From: Botryllus schlosseri | Lineage: Eukaryota | Assembly (NCBI GenBank): GCA_051294905.1 | Contig: CM119372.1 | Span: 12,772,001 to 12,836,000 of the forward strand | Direction of reading: 5' to 3' | DNA: 64,000 nucleotides | Shown here: in pieces, positions 37,301-48,800 of the stretch | Layout: each line of letters opens with the position of its first letter | Numbering within the stretch: the stretch's first letter is position 1 | Notes under the pieces: model-generated | Told to the model about the DNA's origin: nothing | Seen by the model: only the letters and a program-made list of their open reading frames with translations | Databases searched by the model: none | Translations under genes and position numbers: made by a program

Positions 37301-38366
37301 AAATTCAGGACAAAAAGTCAAATTTCAAAATTGAAAGCCCGATATCAAATGATAAAACATATTTCTCAGAAACCACAAATCTAGGGTTAATACATGTACG
37401 GCCAGGACTCAGGAGCATAAGAGTAACTCACTATATACGGCCACGCATACGTTAATACAGATTGAAGGCACAAGACGAGAGTACAAGATATCGCAATCAT
37501 CAGACCCTGTTCTGAGGTAGGAAAAGCGGTCCTTGAAGTTGCAGGTGTAAAATTAGTGAGGTCCGAGGCAGGTTGGAGTTATTTGAAGTATAGAAAGCGA
37601 AAGAATGAAATATGTTTCCCAGTAACTCAAAATATAGCACAGCTTCCCTCAGACGAATGCCGTTTGACTGATACGGTGCTAAAAAAACAGGCGCGATTTC
37701 GGAACTGTTCTGTGGACGTGATACTTGGGAAGAGGGTATACTTCCTTGCCATAGCGACGATATAACTTGTGAGTAAAATGATGTTAGTCCTTACGAAATC
37801 ATTTCCTACACCACATAATTCTAAAATCGGGAAGTCGGCGATTAGGCATTAAAAGTGTGTACGTAAAAGTGTAAGGAATGGTCATCTTCGCTGTGACACA
37901 TGCATTGCTACGTCACAAGGGATCAGAGACATCATTGCAAGAAAAATTCTGCACATCTCCTCCCAAATTTTGATAGTGGAGACGCTTATGGTTAGGACTA
38001 TAAAAATTATTTGCCTATCAAGAAAAAGTGGTAGAATCAACACATAGATGTTACACACCTGCCAAGAATCCTAGGTTTGGTTGCATCACGGAGGAATCAG
38101 CAGCAGTTGACAAACGCGCACTTTTCAATGACATATGGGTACTTTCTTTACCCATTTTCGGGCCGCGTTTGGATTCGACCGCCCCGAGACTGGTAAAGCA
38201 GGAAAATGGAAAAGGTTAATCTGTGACATACTGACTGTAGCGTGAAAACTGTACGTTTTCTTATCTACGTTGATTGGCGGAAGGGACGTGTTGTCGGTTG
38301 TTGGCTCACAGACGGCGGTCGAATCGTAGTTCGGTGGAGGTACGGCTGCGTCGAGTTGCGATTGGA
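34308..38366 (-). CDS. Uncharacterized multi-exon protein-coding gene (partly coiled-coil)
   Basis: Phase-linked exons 36456-36526, 34709-34850, 34430-34512, 34308-34329 give APTFQEVIQSSKKVVNDLHARRERMMTITEEERLRQEKHRKQLVTETNKMLSDLGDPIEIKLKSDRVMDVASHRIYGYITFKSRYGFELPIRRLRVPIRISINGR*. An upstream pair 38255-38366 and 38059-38189 (65-nt intron) is also phase-linked. Exons between 36530 and 37820 are unresolved. Confidence 0.6.
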
Positions 38367-38659
38367 CTGCAAACAAGAAATCAGTGAATAACTCATTACC
38401 AACGTTTTGTTACAAAATGATGTCACTGTGATGATTTAAGTGGAATTGAACAGATGTATCGATCGGCAGCTTATACAAATGCTAACGTACACGTGAACCT
38501 CATTTGCATTGAATGTTGTTGCTTGCAACTAACGTCAATCAAATGTAAACAAATCTGAAATTGCGTATAGGCCTATGCTGTCGGGACACAGTAGGCCTAC
38601 ATGTAAAGGTTGTTCAGCTTTTTATTTGTTCCAGTATTCCACCAAACGCAAGGCATTGA

Positions 38660-39225
38660 CTGTGAATACATGAGGAAGCTAGAAATTGCCAGGTTTATGT
38701 ATCAGTTCCACGTTCAACGACTACTTTACCTCGCAACCAAAAGCGCACAACTACTACACACGCGCGTCCTCGAAGAACAACTGCAATATGATCACGACGG
38801 AATACAAGAAAACGCAGTGCTCTATCAAGTATGCGCCCAGACCTGTAGTGTGGAACAGCATCTCGTCGGCTATTTATCCTACATAGTCGTCGAGCAAGTC
38901 CACATTCAAATCGAACTACAAGCAATTTCTACTGAATCACTTCTAGTCTGCCCACAAGATTGCCGGACCACAATCTGACATATCCACCTCGCGTATACTG
39001 ACACATGCAGCATTTATTTTAGTCGCTTACTTTTATGTTATCCTTTCTCTTATCCACTGTGCATGCCTCTTATGAGATGTGAGCCTCTTATTTACATGCT
39101 GTAGGCCAAGGTGGGTGTCTGACTAAGAGACTACTCCTAGTCGTTTCGGCACCCTCCAATCTTTTCATTATATCGTAATCGTGTGGTGTCTTGTGTGGTG
39201 TATAAAAATGAGGATTATGATGATG
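38660..39225 (+). mobile_element. Second, frameshifted copy of the same LINE 3' end
   Basis: MRKLEIARFMYQFH / HNYYTRASS / CSIKYAP..WNSI split across frames; same UTR motif at about 39100-39120. Confidence 0.8.
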
Positions 39226-39483
39226 AAACAGTATCTCGTCGGATATCCGACAGTCGAAGAGCAATAGAGCATGTCAACATTCACATCGAAACATAAGCAG
39301 GGTCTATTGATTAAATACTTGTCAGAGGTTGAGTTTACCGGATCACGATCTGATGTATCGACCTCACCTTCCGTCACATGCCACCTCATGTTATCGTTTT
39401 GCATTTCTATGTTATCTTCTATTACTTTTCATTTAGTGTACATGTACATGCTGCCTTTTTAATTCGCCAAGGGCCCTTTAGAC

Positions 39484-41080
39484 CAGTGGTTCCCAACCTT
39501 TTTCGACTCATCGCCCTCTTATCAAGCTCGTCACAAATTTTCGCCCCCAATATGTTGCGGATTTTGCGGAGCATGGACCGGAGCCGGATTGGATATCTGG
39601 CCGGATTTTTTCAATTTTTGCCGAAGCGGATCGGAGCCGGATCAGTACTTTTTCGATACGGCCAGAATCTTTATGGATAAGCATAACTTTTGTAACTAAA
39701 TAACTACCAACCAACCACACGCTACTAACCACCAAGCCAGTGCGAAAAGAAACGAGCCATATTCATAAATTCACGGAACCATAGTACCATGTAGGGTCGG
39801 ATTTTCGGCCGGATCCGGATCGGAGCCGGATCAGTACTTTTTCCTGTTGCGGTCGGAGCCGGACCAGAGAATTGAAAAACCGGATCGGAGTCGGACCAGA
39901 GAATTTGTCGATCCGCTCCGCTCTATAATATATATACGGGAAATTTATTCAATTACCTCTGATCACTGGTGAATTGACTAAAAAGATGTCATTTATCCGA
40001 GTAGGTGCTCGGAAAACCGGTTTCCGCGTCTACTTTCCATTGTGTTTACCTTTTTTTTTGTCAACTTTCGCGCCATATGCAGAATAAGCAGTCTTCACGT
40101 GCATTTTTGCCCGTGGTAATTAAATGGGGAAGAGGTGTTCCGATGAGACACTGGGACCAAAAATACTTGAAAAATTGTCTATGATAATCCCATGATGACA
40201 CTCCGTGAATTTTTCTACAATTGCATGCTGGCGGAATCTTTCCCCACAGGCAAAGAACTTCGACCTGTATGAGTTATGGGGTCTCTGACAGATGTTTTTT
40301 TTTTTGGGGGGGGGGGGGGGGGGTTGTAAAATATATTTCGATCGATGCATTCACTTTTCTTTGTAACATTCAGCACGAACAAACCTAACAATAAATTTTA
40401 TTTCGAAGTGTAAGGCTTGTACCATGCTATATAACGGCACATATTTTTTATTCAATACCATCCTTGCGAGGCCAATGATACCATAATTCAGGCAAAATAG
40501 TTGGACTAACTAGTCATGTCACAACAGAAACACGCCTGTACACATTGGCGCTGTATTTAATAATTACCTGCGTAATGTTTTATCTCTATAATGAGCTATT
40601 TGGAAGTCAAAATATCGATTTACGGGCAATGTGTATGTACCCTCAAATTTGTAAGTTTGCGCTTAAATCGAAACCTAATTTTATGGCAACATTTGAGGTA
40701 TTATTTATTCTATTTACTCGACGGTTGCGACCAAACATTCATTTTTGGCTTGCTGTAGCTTTTTAGATTATTTAACACAGCAAGAAAAGTTGAAACATTC
40801 GTGTTTTTGAGCGTATGTCTCATAGGTTCTCAGGTTGTGTTCCTTGCTACCCACCGGGTGGGGATCGATGATACGTTCGAGCAACAAATTTTGAGCGTTC
40901 ATAAATATTTTTTCAATTGGTGGATATTCATATCCGGTAAGTATAGCTTGTATCTACGTGTTGAGCCAGCAAAAGATCTGTTGTTATCGGCTGAAGATTT
41001 GGTGGTAAGAGATAATTTTGCAATTCTTGATCCATCGGTACCACATCTCCCCCCGATATCGCCCACGTTGGGAACCACTG
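39484..41080. mobile_element. hAT (Charlie-type) non-autonomous element with a nested GGATC/CCGGA-rich insert (about 39565-39925)
   Basis: CAGTGGTTCCCAAC...GTTGGGAACCACTG; TSD CTTTAGAC on both sides; YPQICKFALK..FMATFE remnant of the dimerization region; insert related to about 33120-33250. Confidence 0.85.
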
Positions 41081-41848
41081 CTTTAGACCAAGGTGAGCGT
41101 CTGATTTAAAGACTAAAGACAACTCCAGGTCGATTCGGTACCTTCCTATCTTTTCATTGTATCTTGTGGTTGGATAGAAATTTACTAATAAACTTGACTG
41201 AAATAATACAGAACATTATTTACATAATAAAATTGCAAAATATACGACGTATGCATTTTCTATTAGGTAAACTTCATATCTCGTCGGTAGAGCGTGATAT
41301 AGATCTAATTGGGTACAGTATAATTGGAGAAGTAGCGTCAGCAAAAAACAGCATCTGACTTTGGAGTGTATTTCTAATGTATAGAATTACTTTATTCGTA
41401 GCTTAGCTATACAGAAGGATATTTTGCTGTGTAGGTGAATATGTGGAAATGCCTCGTAATTTATTCGGTAGTGATATCGGTATGCCCTGTCAGCATTCGC
41501 AAATATGATGGCGTCGAAACTGACTGATGATGATGTCAAAAATGACATGAAAAGAAATGCTTAGATTCTGCGGTATCTATTGTTCGTAAGAATATAAATA
41601 CGCTTTGTATATGACCAATGACCATTGACCAACCACCAATTTGTCTGAGAAACGGCAGTGTTACCAAAGAACCTATATATAGTTGTGTCGTGCACGGATT
41701 CGATTTTGTGAGAGGGTATATATGTTGGGTCCCTTCCTGTAGGCACAAGCCTTCATATCCCTGTATATTGAATGACACATAGCCCGAAAGGAAAGTTATG
41801 CTTAGAGATACAGCGGTCAACGCTCCAACTGGTGAAGTACATTTAGCC

Positions 41849-42183
41849 TAGGGTTACCATACGTCCTCCTTTCTGAGGTTTTTGAAAATGTCTCCCGAGG
41901 ACGCCGAAATGTCCTCCTGTTTGAGATTTTGTCCTCTTTTTTGAGAATTTTGGTGAAATATAGGGCCAAATTCGACTGAGATACAGCAAATCATCACTCA
42001 AGTAACGCTCCGGCGGCTATTTCGGGAGCTGAGCCGGGAAATTGACTTATTTTTAGTGAGCCGACCACGTAGTGGGGAAAATTTACCATGTTTTCAAGAT
42101 TTTCCTCAGGTATTAGAAGTTTGAAAGTTTGAAAATTTTGAAAAAGTGTCCTCCTTTCCCGATTCCAAAATATGGTAACCCTA
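41849..42183. mobile_element. hAT MITE (TAGGGTTACCATA family)
   Basis: TIR TAGGGTTACCATA/TATGGTAACCCTA; TSD ATTTAGCC. Confidence 0.9.
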
Positions 42184-44349
42184 ATTTAGCCCCAAAACGT
42201 ATAGTCACATATATCCAGGTTGTATTGTGTATAATAAAACTTCAGAGAGTGAATAGGGCCTAATTGTTAGCAATACACGGTCGGGCATAAGGCGCAAATA
42301 GAAATAACCTATGACCGAGTATAGGCGAATCTCAAATTACGCATGCACGGCCCTGTGGTGCAATAATAATCTAATCCGATATAATATGGCACCATCGACA
42401 CTTTAGAAATACCTTGGGATTCTCTCCGTTGTATGACCCGGGATCAACGGTGGTCTAATTATTTCGACATCCCTATTCAAACCTATCAGAAAAAATGCTT
42501 TAAACTGCAAACCCGACAGACCGTAATGTTATTATTATGGGTTTCATCCAAAGATGAACATTCAAAATACCGAAAAGCTGTAAACGCCAAATCTAGTAGG
42601 TAAATTATTGTTTGCTCAGTTCCGCTTAATTTTCCTGCTGTCCTTGGGTCTACCGACCTTGCCTTTCACCCCACTTCTGCAACGCTACAAGGGTTTACAA
42701 GATTTCTGCACTAACCAGACAGGCTCTCAAGCTTTTTCGGAATGGTGCACCATGTTTAACATTTGCACAAGGTTTAGGCACCCCAGTACTGTGGTACTGC
42801 TCAACGGTGCAGTCTGAATGGGAATCGGATGAATAAGAAACGGCATATCACCACCTCATTATCAGTTACAAGTTACAGTGGGTCCTGGTCGCAGTATTCT
42901 TCACACTTCATGGAAGTGGTACAGCCTTGAAAAATGAGGGTGCATCCTTTGGCGCATCATACACCCGGTGAAAAGGCAATGAGGATTAGCATTGAGACCG
43001 GGAGACCCGGAACCAATCTCGGTGGATTTCGGCCAAATGTTGCTAAACCGATGACAGGAGCTGTTGGCACGCGTTTAGCGCCCGGTACGGGTGGAATTGC
43101 GGCGGCGTGGATTGCCACGAACCACGCAAATATGTTGGAACATACCACGGCATTTCTAGAAAAATGAAAATTTCGACTCCAGACATTGGTCGAATTTCAC
43201 TTGAAATGAATCAGAGTTATGCTTATGCCGCAATTTCGTCTTCTTGACTTTATTTCGGAGAAGATCACGCGTTGAACTTCAATGAACTTTAGAAGTCACT
43301 TACGGGAATGCGACAGGAACTGATTATATATCAGACGGTCTTCAATACGTAAATCATCTGATCTGCATATGGACAGTGTCATTCCTCAAATTCCGAATTC
43401 CTGACATGATGACGTCATTTCTACTAGGAAAATAGCAATATAATCTTGACATTACCGCATCGTTAAACATTTGGTCTCTTAATATCCTAATATGGCTCTC
43501 GATAGTCGATACACATACACAGCAGGATGACTATTGGCGATCGCGTCAATGGGAAGGAGCAATGTAAAAGATTTGCGCAAAGCCAGACGCTCGCTGTTTT
43601 CAACTCGTGGACTTTTCGTTTCGTAATGAGTAACAAGATAAACGCCATACATGTGGTATATTGTTAAAGTATTTTATCGCAATCGAAGATAGTGATTCAT
43701 TTAATTTTGGCTGGCACGACGGGTTATCATTGTCGCAAAAAAATCAGCTTTAAGATTCAGCGTCCACCGCACGGACAGGAGCAATGTTGATCATGATCAA
43801 TGATCATGCATGCATTGCATTGATAAGAAATGAAAGATTGTTGTCGCATTAGCATACCAAGATGGATATCGACTGCTCAGATTGCACAACGTGAGAAACA
43901 GCACAAACGCACTTAACACGAAGAGCACCGTGAACGCGGTTATTTTGTTGTTGCCTGCATACAAAATTTAAATGCAGTATTGATATTCTTTAGGACCTAT
44001 TGACCTTCCGTGGACTAGTTTCAAGGTATCCATGAAAGGACAATAAAAATCGTAGGGAAGGGCTACAAAGCCGAATAATTTAATCCTGATTAACGGCATA
44101 TCATTTGATTAATCAATCCATTGACTACGAAATATATGATCCTTGGGCCTAAAAGTAGTAACAATTGATTTATCTATAGTCTATACAATAGAATATATAT
44201 CGATTACGATCGCGTTTTTTCTAAATATTACGATTACTTGAAAATGCTGTGACCGTCGTAACTGATTGGGATCACAAATCACGACCGACCCATGTATGCT
44301 AGGGAATAGTTTCGAAAGGAAAAGTAAAGTACGATACGCGTACTAATAC

Positions 44350-44391
44350 TATAGATAACTAAGGTAAACCGGTTTACCTTAGTTATCTATA
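44350..44391. repeat. Perfect 42-bp spacerless palindrome
   Basis: TATAGATAACTAAGGTAAACC|GGTTTACCTTAGTTATCTATA; direct repeat TACTAATAC at 44341-44349 and 44390-44398. Confidence 0.95.
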
Positions 44392-45645
44392 CTAATACGC
44401 TACAATGACTTTGAAATACAGCGCCACCAAGCGAATAACACCTACTCCCGTATCGTGCGAATGAAAACCTCGCCGAGTTACCACACAAGTAGGAGATCGC
44501 CGCGCCAGATAAGACGACCTTGATCACACAATAGAGCGCGAAGAAAAAATAACAATATAAAACGCGACTTTGATGTGTCATAGCGCAGTAAGCGCAGCTC
44601 ACCCAAGAGCCGATAATGGGGTAACGTGGGTGACACAATCTAACGGAGTGTGGAAAATTGACTAACCCTGTCACGTGGAAGGGATTTGAGCATTGGGAGA
44701 CATGCTTTACGGTCGAGTCATGCATTGCAGATGCGATTTGTCCAACTTTCCCACGATTGTCTTATTTTTAGGCAAGCGTTCGCTGCCGAACGAAAATGGA
44801 TTATGAGTATCTATAATGAGTCGGTAACTATGGTCGCCAGCGGAAAACCTCACATAACCTCTTTACCGCAATGACGGACTACGAATATAGCAGACGTTTG
44901 AAAAGAATAGACCGCACGACGTCACATCTAATCATTACCTGCACACGACCTGTTAATTAGGGAATTAATCCGTCCACTAGCTACTGCGCTGATTACAAAG
45001 ACTTGAAGTAGAAGGAGCGGCGCGATTTGATCAGGGATTTTCTGCAAGGCGACAGAATATATTCGGAGGGATTATCATGATCAGTGTCGGCTGAGTTGGC
45101 TGTAAGCCATGATCTCGTGTTGGGAGCAACTGAATTTCTATATGTCATGTCATTTCACACCAGATAAATTAACAAATTATACGCGTCTTTAAATTAAATC
45201 TATTCATCTTCCCGCTTGAAAAGACGCAAATTTAATTCTGCAGACAGTTTCCCTATTATGGTCACCGCGATTAAGATTTAAAATTTGGAGAGGCCAGTTA
45301 GAGCGTGTTTCACCATTCGGTGAAGGCCTATACTCGATGCTTTTCACGTTTATATCAGCGATTGACAACACTCGCTAGCTAAGACGCCCCTTGCTATAGT
45401 TAAGACGCCCCTAGGAATTATCTGCGGTTGACCCGTTGTCCTTGAACATATCCAATTACTATCGAAACCAAGTTCCTAAATATGATGTTGCAACAGCAAA
45501 CAACGATTACGTACTCATTTACGTATAATATCTTTTTTCCTATTTTTTTGTGTTGAGTGCAATGACTAATTGTGCGCTTCAGCTCCAGAACATGCACAAC
45601 TGAACATGGCATCAACGTAGCGCGAATCTCTCAATCTCGAAGTAG

Positions 45646-45893
45646 GTCTATGTTGTACTGAGTCAGCTGGAGGATTTATTGCACAGAAAATGGGTTTCAA
45701 ATTTTCCATTTCGGAGTCGGAAATAGACTACGCTAAATCCGAATTTTATGGAAAAGATACAGGCGGAAAAATTCAATTGGAGTATACAGTGTTTGTATGC
45801 AAATTGAAATACCCCGATGAGATCACAAAAATGCACGCCTTCCGCACACTTTCACACGTATACAGATCACCAATGCGCAATGACATCATATTG
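45646..45893 (+). CDS. Candidate exon encoding a death-fold (DD/DED-like) domain
   Basis: gtag|GT..TTG|gtatat; IAQKMGF..SESEIDYAKSEF..KYPDEITKMHAFRTLSHV..RNDII resembles the death-domain helix pattern but lacks both usual Trp residues; partner exons not found. Confidence 0.4.
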
Positions 45894-48800
45894 GTATATT
45901 TATCGCTAGAGCATGAACGTCACAAGGGGCTAATGATGGCCTTATCTCCTGGTTTGGATGGAAGAAGAGCGACAAAATCGCTTAGTTACGTAACAACACA
46001 TGGGCATCTTTGCACTTTGACCGCTTACATTTACGCATATACTAGGATATTCTGTGTTATTTCAAGCGTTGTCAATCATGTAATCAAACATTAAATCTCA
46101 AACGATAAGTCACTGGGTTGGGTACACCAATGATCCTTCGAGCGACCCATGCAGTCCATATACTGCGGTACCGGTCTGGGCGATGTCTGGGGTGCATTTG
46201 TAGAATTTTTGGCATTCAGTTTCATGAGCACTCTACTATAAAGTCAGATACTTCCCACCACCAGAACCAATGTCAAGAGAATCAAACAATTGTCAATCAA
46301 GTAAACGCTACGAATGCATCTACGCATATGCGTTAGCCCGAAATGTAAATATAGCTCTGTGAAGTTCGTCTGACATCTTAGCATCGCGTAGCTGTAATTC
46401 CTATCCTGCTCTTCGAGGTCATAATACTCAAAACAATGAGAGATTTTATACGCTCTCAAAACAGCCTGGACATATTATATAACACAGGATTACATGAAAA
46501 AGGACATAATACTTCTATATAAAGTTTCAAAATAAATAAAAATTATGGTAAGATTATCTTTGAATCATTACAGCGCGTTTTGATAGCGTACTTGATGCTA
46601 CGAACTTATGTAAGAGATATAAGAAGAAAAAGTAGAGGTGTTTATTAATTACGAGGGTCAAGTGCACAAATCTTTCTCGCACCATCTCTATCGAGAGGCC
46701 AGCGAATGCGTATCTTTTTGATCGAGAAGCGTTCTAATGCGTATACAGCCCACCCTGCTTCGGATGCTGTTTATTTCTCAAGAAAGCCCCTTTACTTTCT
46801 TTAAAAAATTCCAGCTGATGGCCACTCCTTATAAAGCAAAATGCTGCAGTGGATTACACGCGAATAGCGCTTGCACGAAAATACCGCAGAGATTGTTTCA
46901 AAAATATGCTTGAAACGACATGAAGTATAAAAATAGACCGAAGCGGGGTTAATCTGACCATATATGCGAGGATACATAATATCATTGATGTCCGTCCCGA
47001 CCTACGCGCAACTACGGCCAGTAAGTGTGGCTTGCGAGTTGAAAATGTTTGAAGGGACGCCAAGTGCAATATATTCGCACGCTAAAATCCTTGCTGCATT
47101 CAGCCATATTAACCCCGCGCCTACAGAAATTAGCCGTGTTTTGTTGACAAAATCTTTTTTCCTCTTTATTCAGCGGAGTTGAGCTATTATACCTTTTGCT
47201 AAGTACACAACACGGGAGCATGGTTACTTTTATAGCAATACCGAAAGGTGTGGGGGTTCGGGATTATAAAACCTGTTCATGGGAAAATTTCCTCTCGCCA
47301 AGGATCGTTAGTGCTAAAGCAGCCGAGAAGTGGTGATAGGATTATTAGTCAATCTATATCGGCATACGTTCAAATTTATGTTTAGCATAATAACGGTGTG
47401 TTTACTCGTCAGCTAGGCGATCGTGAACGCTGATGATAAAAAGCGGGGCGTGCAAAAGGGTGTAGCGCATTATGTTTACTCCGTGCTATAAAATTGCGTC
47501 TCGTCCAGTACGTTTTGATCCTTGGTGAGGGGTTTCAAGCCAAATCTACTCCAGAACTGCGTCTACGGTGACCCGGCCTCTATATATTTTATGGACGATC
47601 TAGATTGAATCAGTCGATATCGCCACACAAAGCTAGCGTCACTCATATACTTTCTTGTTCAGCCTGATCCGGAATTGGTTAAGCCTGGATTTCGTGTATG
47701 AATGTGTGTGTGTGTTTGTGTGCGTCCGCAGATGAGCAAATATACGATACGCAAAAGGAAATGCACGATATTAGAAGTGCATCACACCTACACGTATCGC
47801 GGGGAAGCGAGAGCTATGTGGGTAATATAATAACGGCTGGGATAGGGTAGATGGTTATGTAATCATAAGAAGGTGTATACGAGATGGGGACTTTTCAACT
47901 GTGATGAATATGAGAAATGTACTTCTCTTGAAGAGGAGTGTTCTGGCGCAACAGCCCCATAAATGCCGGGAAATGGGCTCTACGGTACAAAAGAACTTGT
48001 CGGATGGATACTGACATCAAAATAAGACGAAAAAACAGCGTGCAATCGCTTTTGAGGCGATCGAAAAATCTCAAATAAACGTGTATGCCAATGAGCTCCC
48101 TGAATGACATCGGCAATGTAAACGCGCCAAATAGATATTGCGGGCGACAAGCCTGTCATGGCGTGTTAATTGTGAATGTCCAAAACGTCCCATGATCGAC
48201 ACATTCTAACTGTTAACTGTCTGGTGACGTCAGACATCGCTTCGCGTATCATACGCGTTCAATCGACCGTCGTTAAATCGCATGTAAAGGACGGATGAAA
48301 TTTGAATTCGATAGAGTGGTTTAACAAGGAACATTCCAAACGTTTAGGATAGGCAAGACACCTGGCTGGATCTGTTTTGCGGATGATATTGTCGGAGTAG
48401 GATCTTTTGAATTTATTATCATTTTTATGCAATGACACTATAACAAAGTCGGGATAAGTGACAAACCTCGCACGTGGTGCGATTCTAAAACCATAATCAG
48501 CGTTCGCCATCACGGTGGTGTGCGACCGAGGTGAATCCACGCAAAGGTCACGTGTGGACAGCCGCTTCTCCGACGAGGCAGCAATAAATCACATATCAAA
48601 ACAACAACGCTTTTACAATTTAGCGCAAAGTAAACAAGGATCGACCAAAATTGTGTTGCGGAATTCTTACGAAAATAAAAAGACCTAAAACTTTTAGAAG
48701 GAGATAATGATTTTCACACCTAAATTAAGCCCCGCTACTTTGCGCACAAGTAAGGAGGCCCTAAAATATAAATTACCGGGAGATCTACGTCAGCGCTGTT

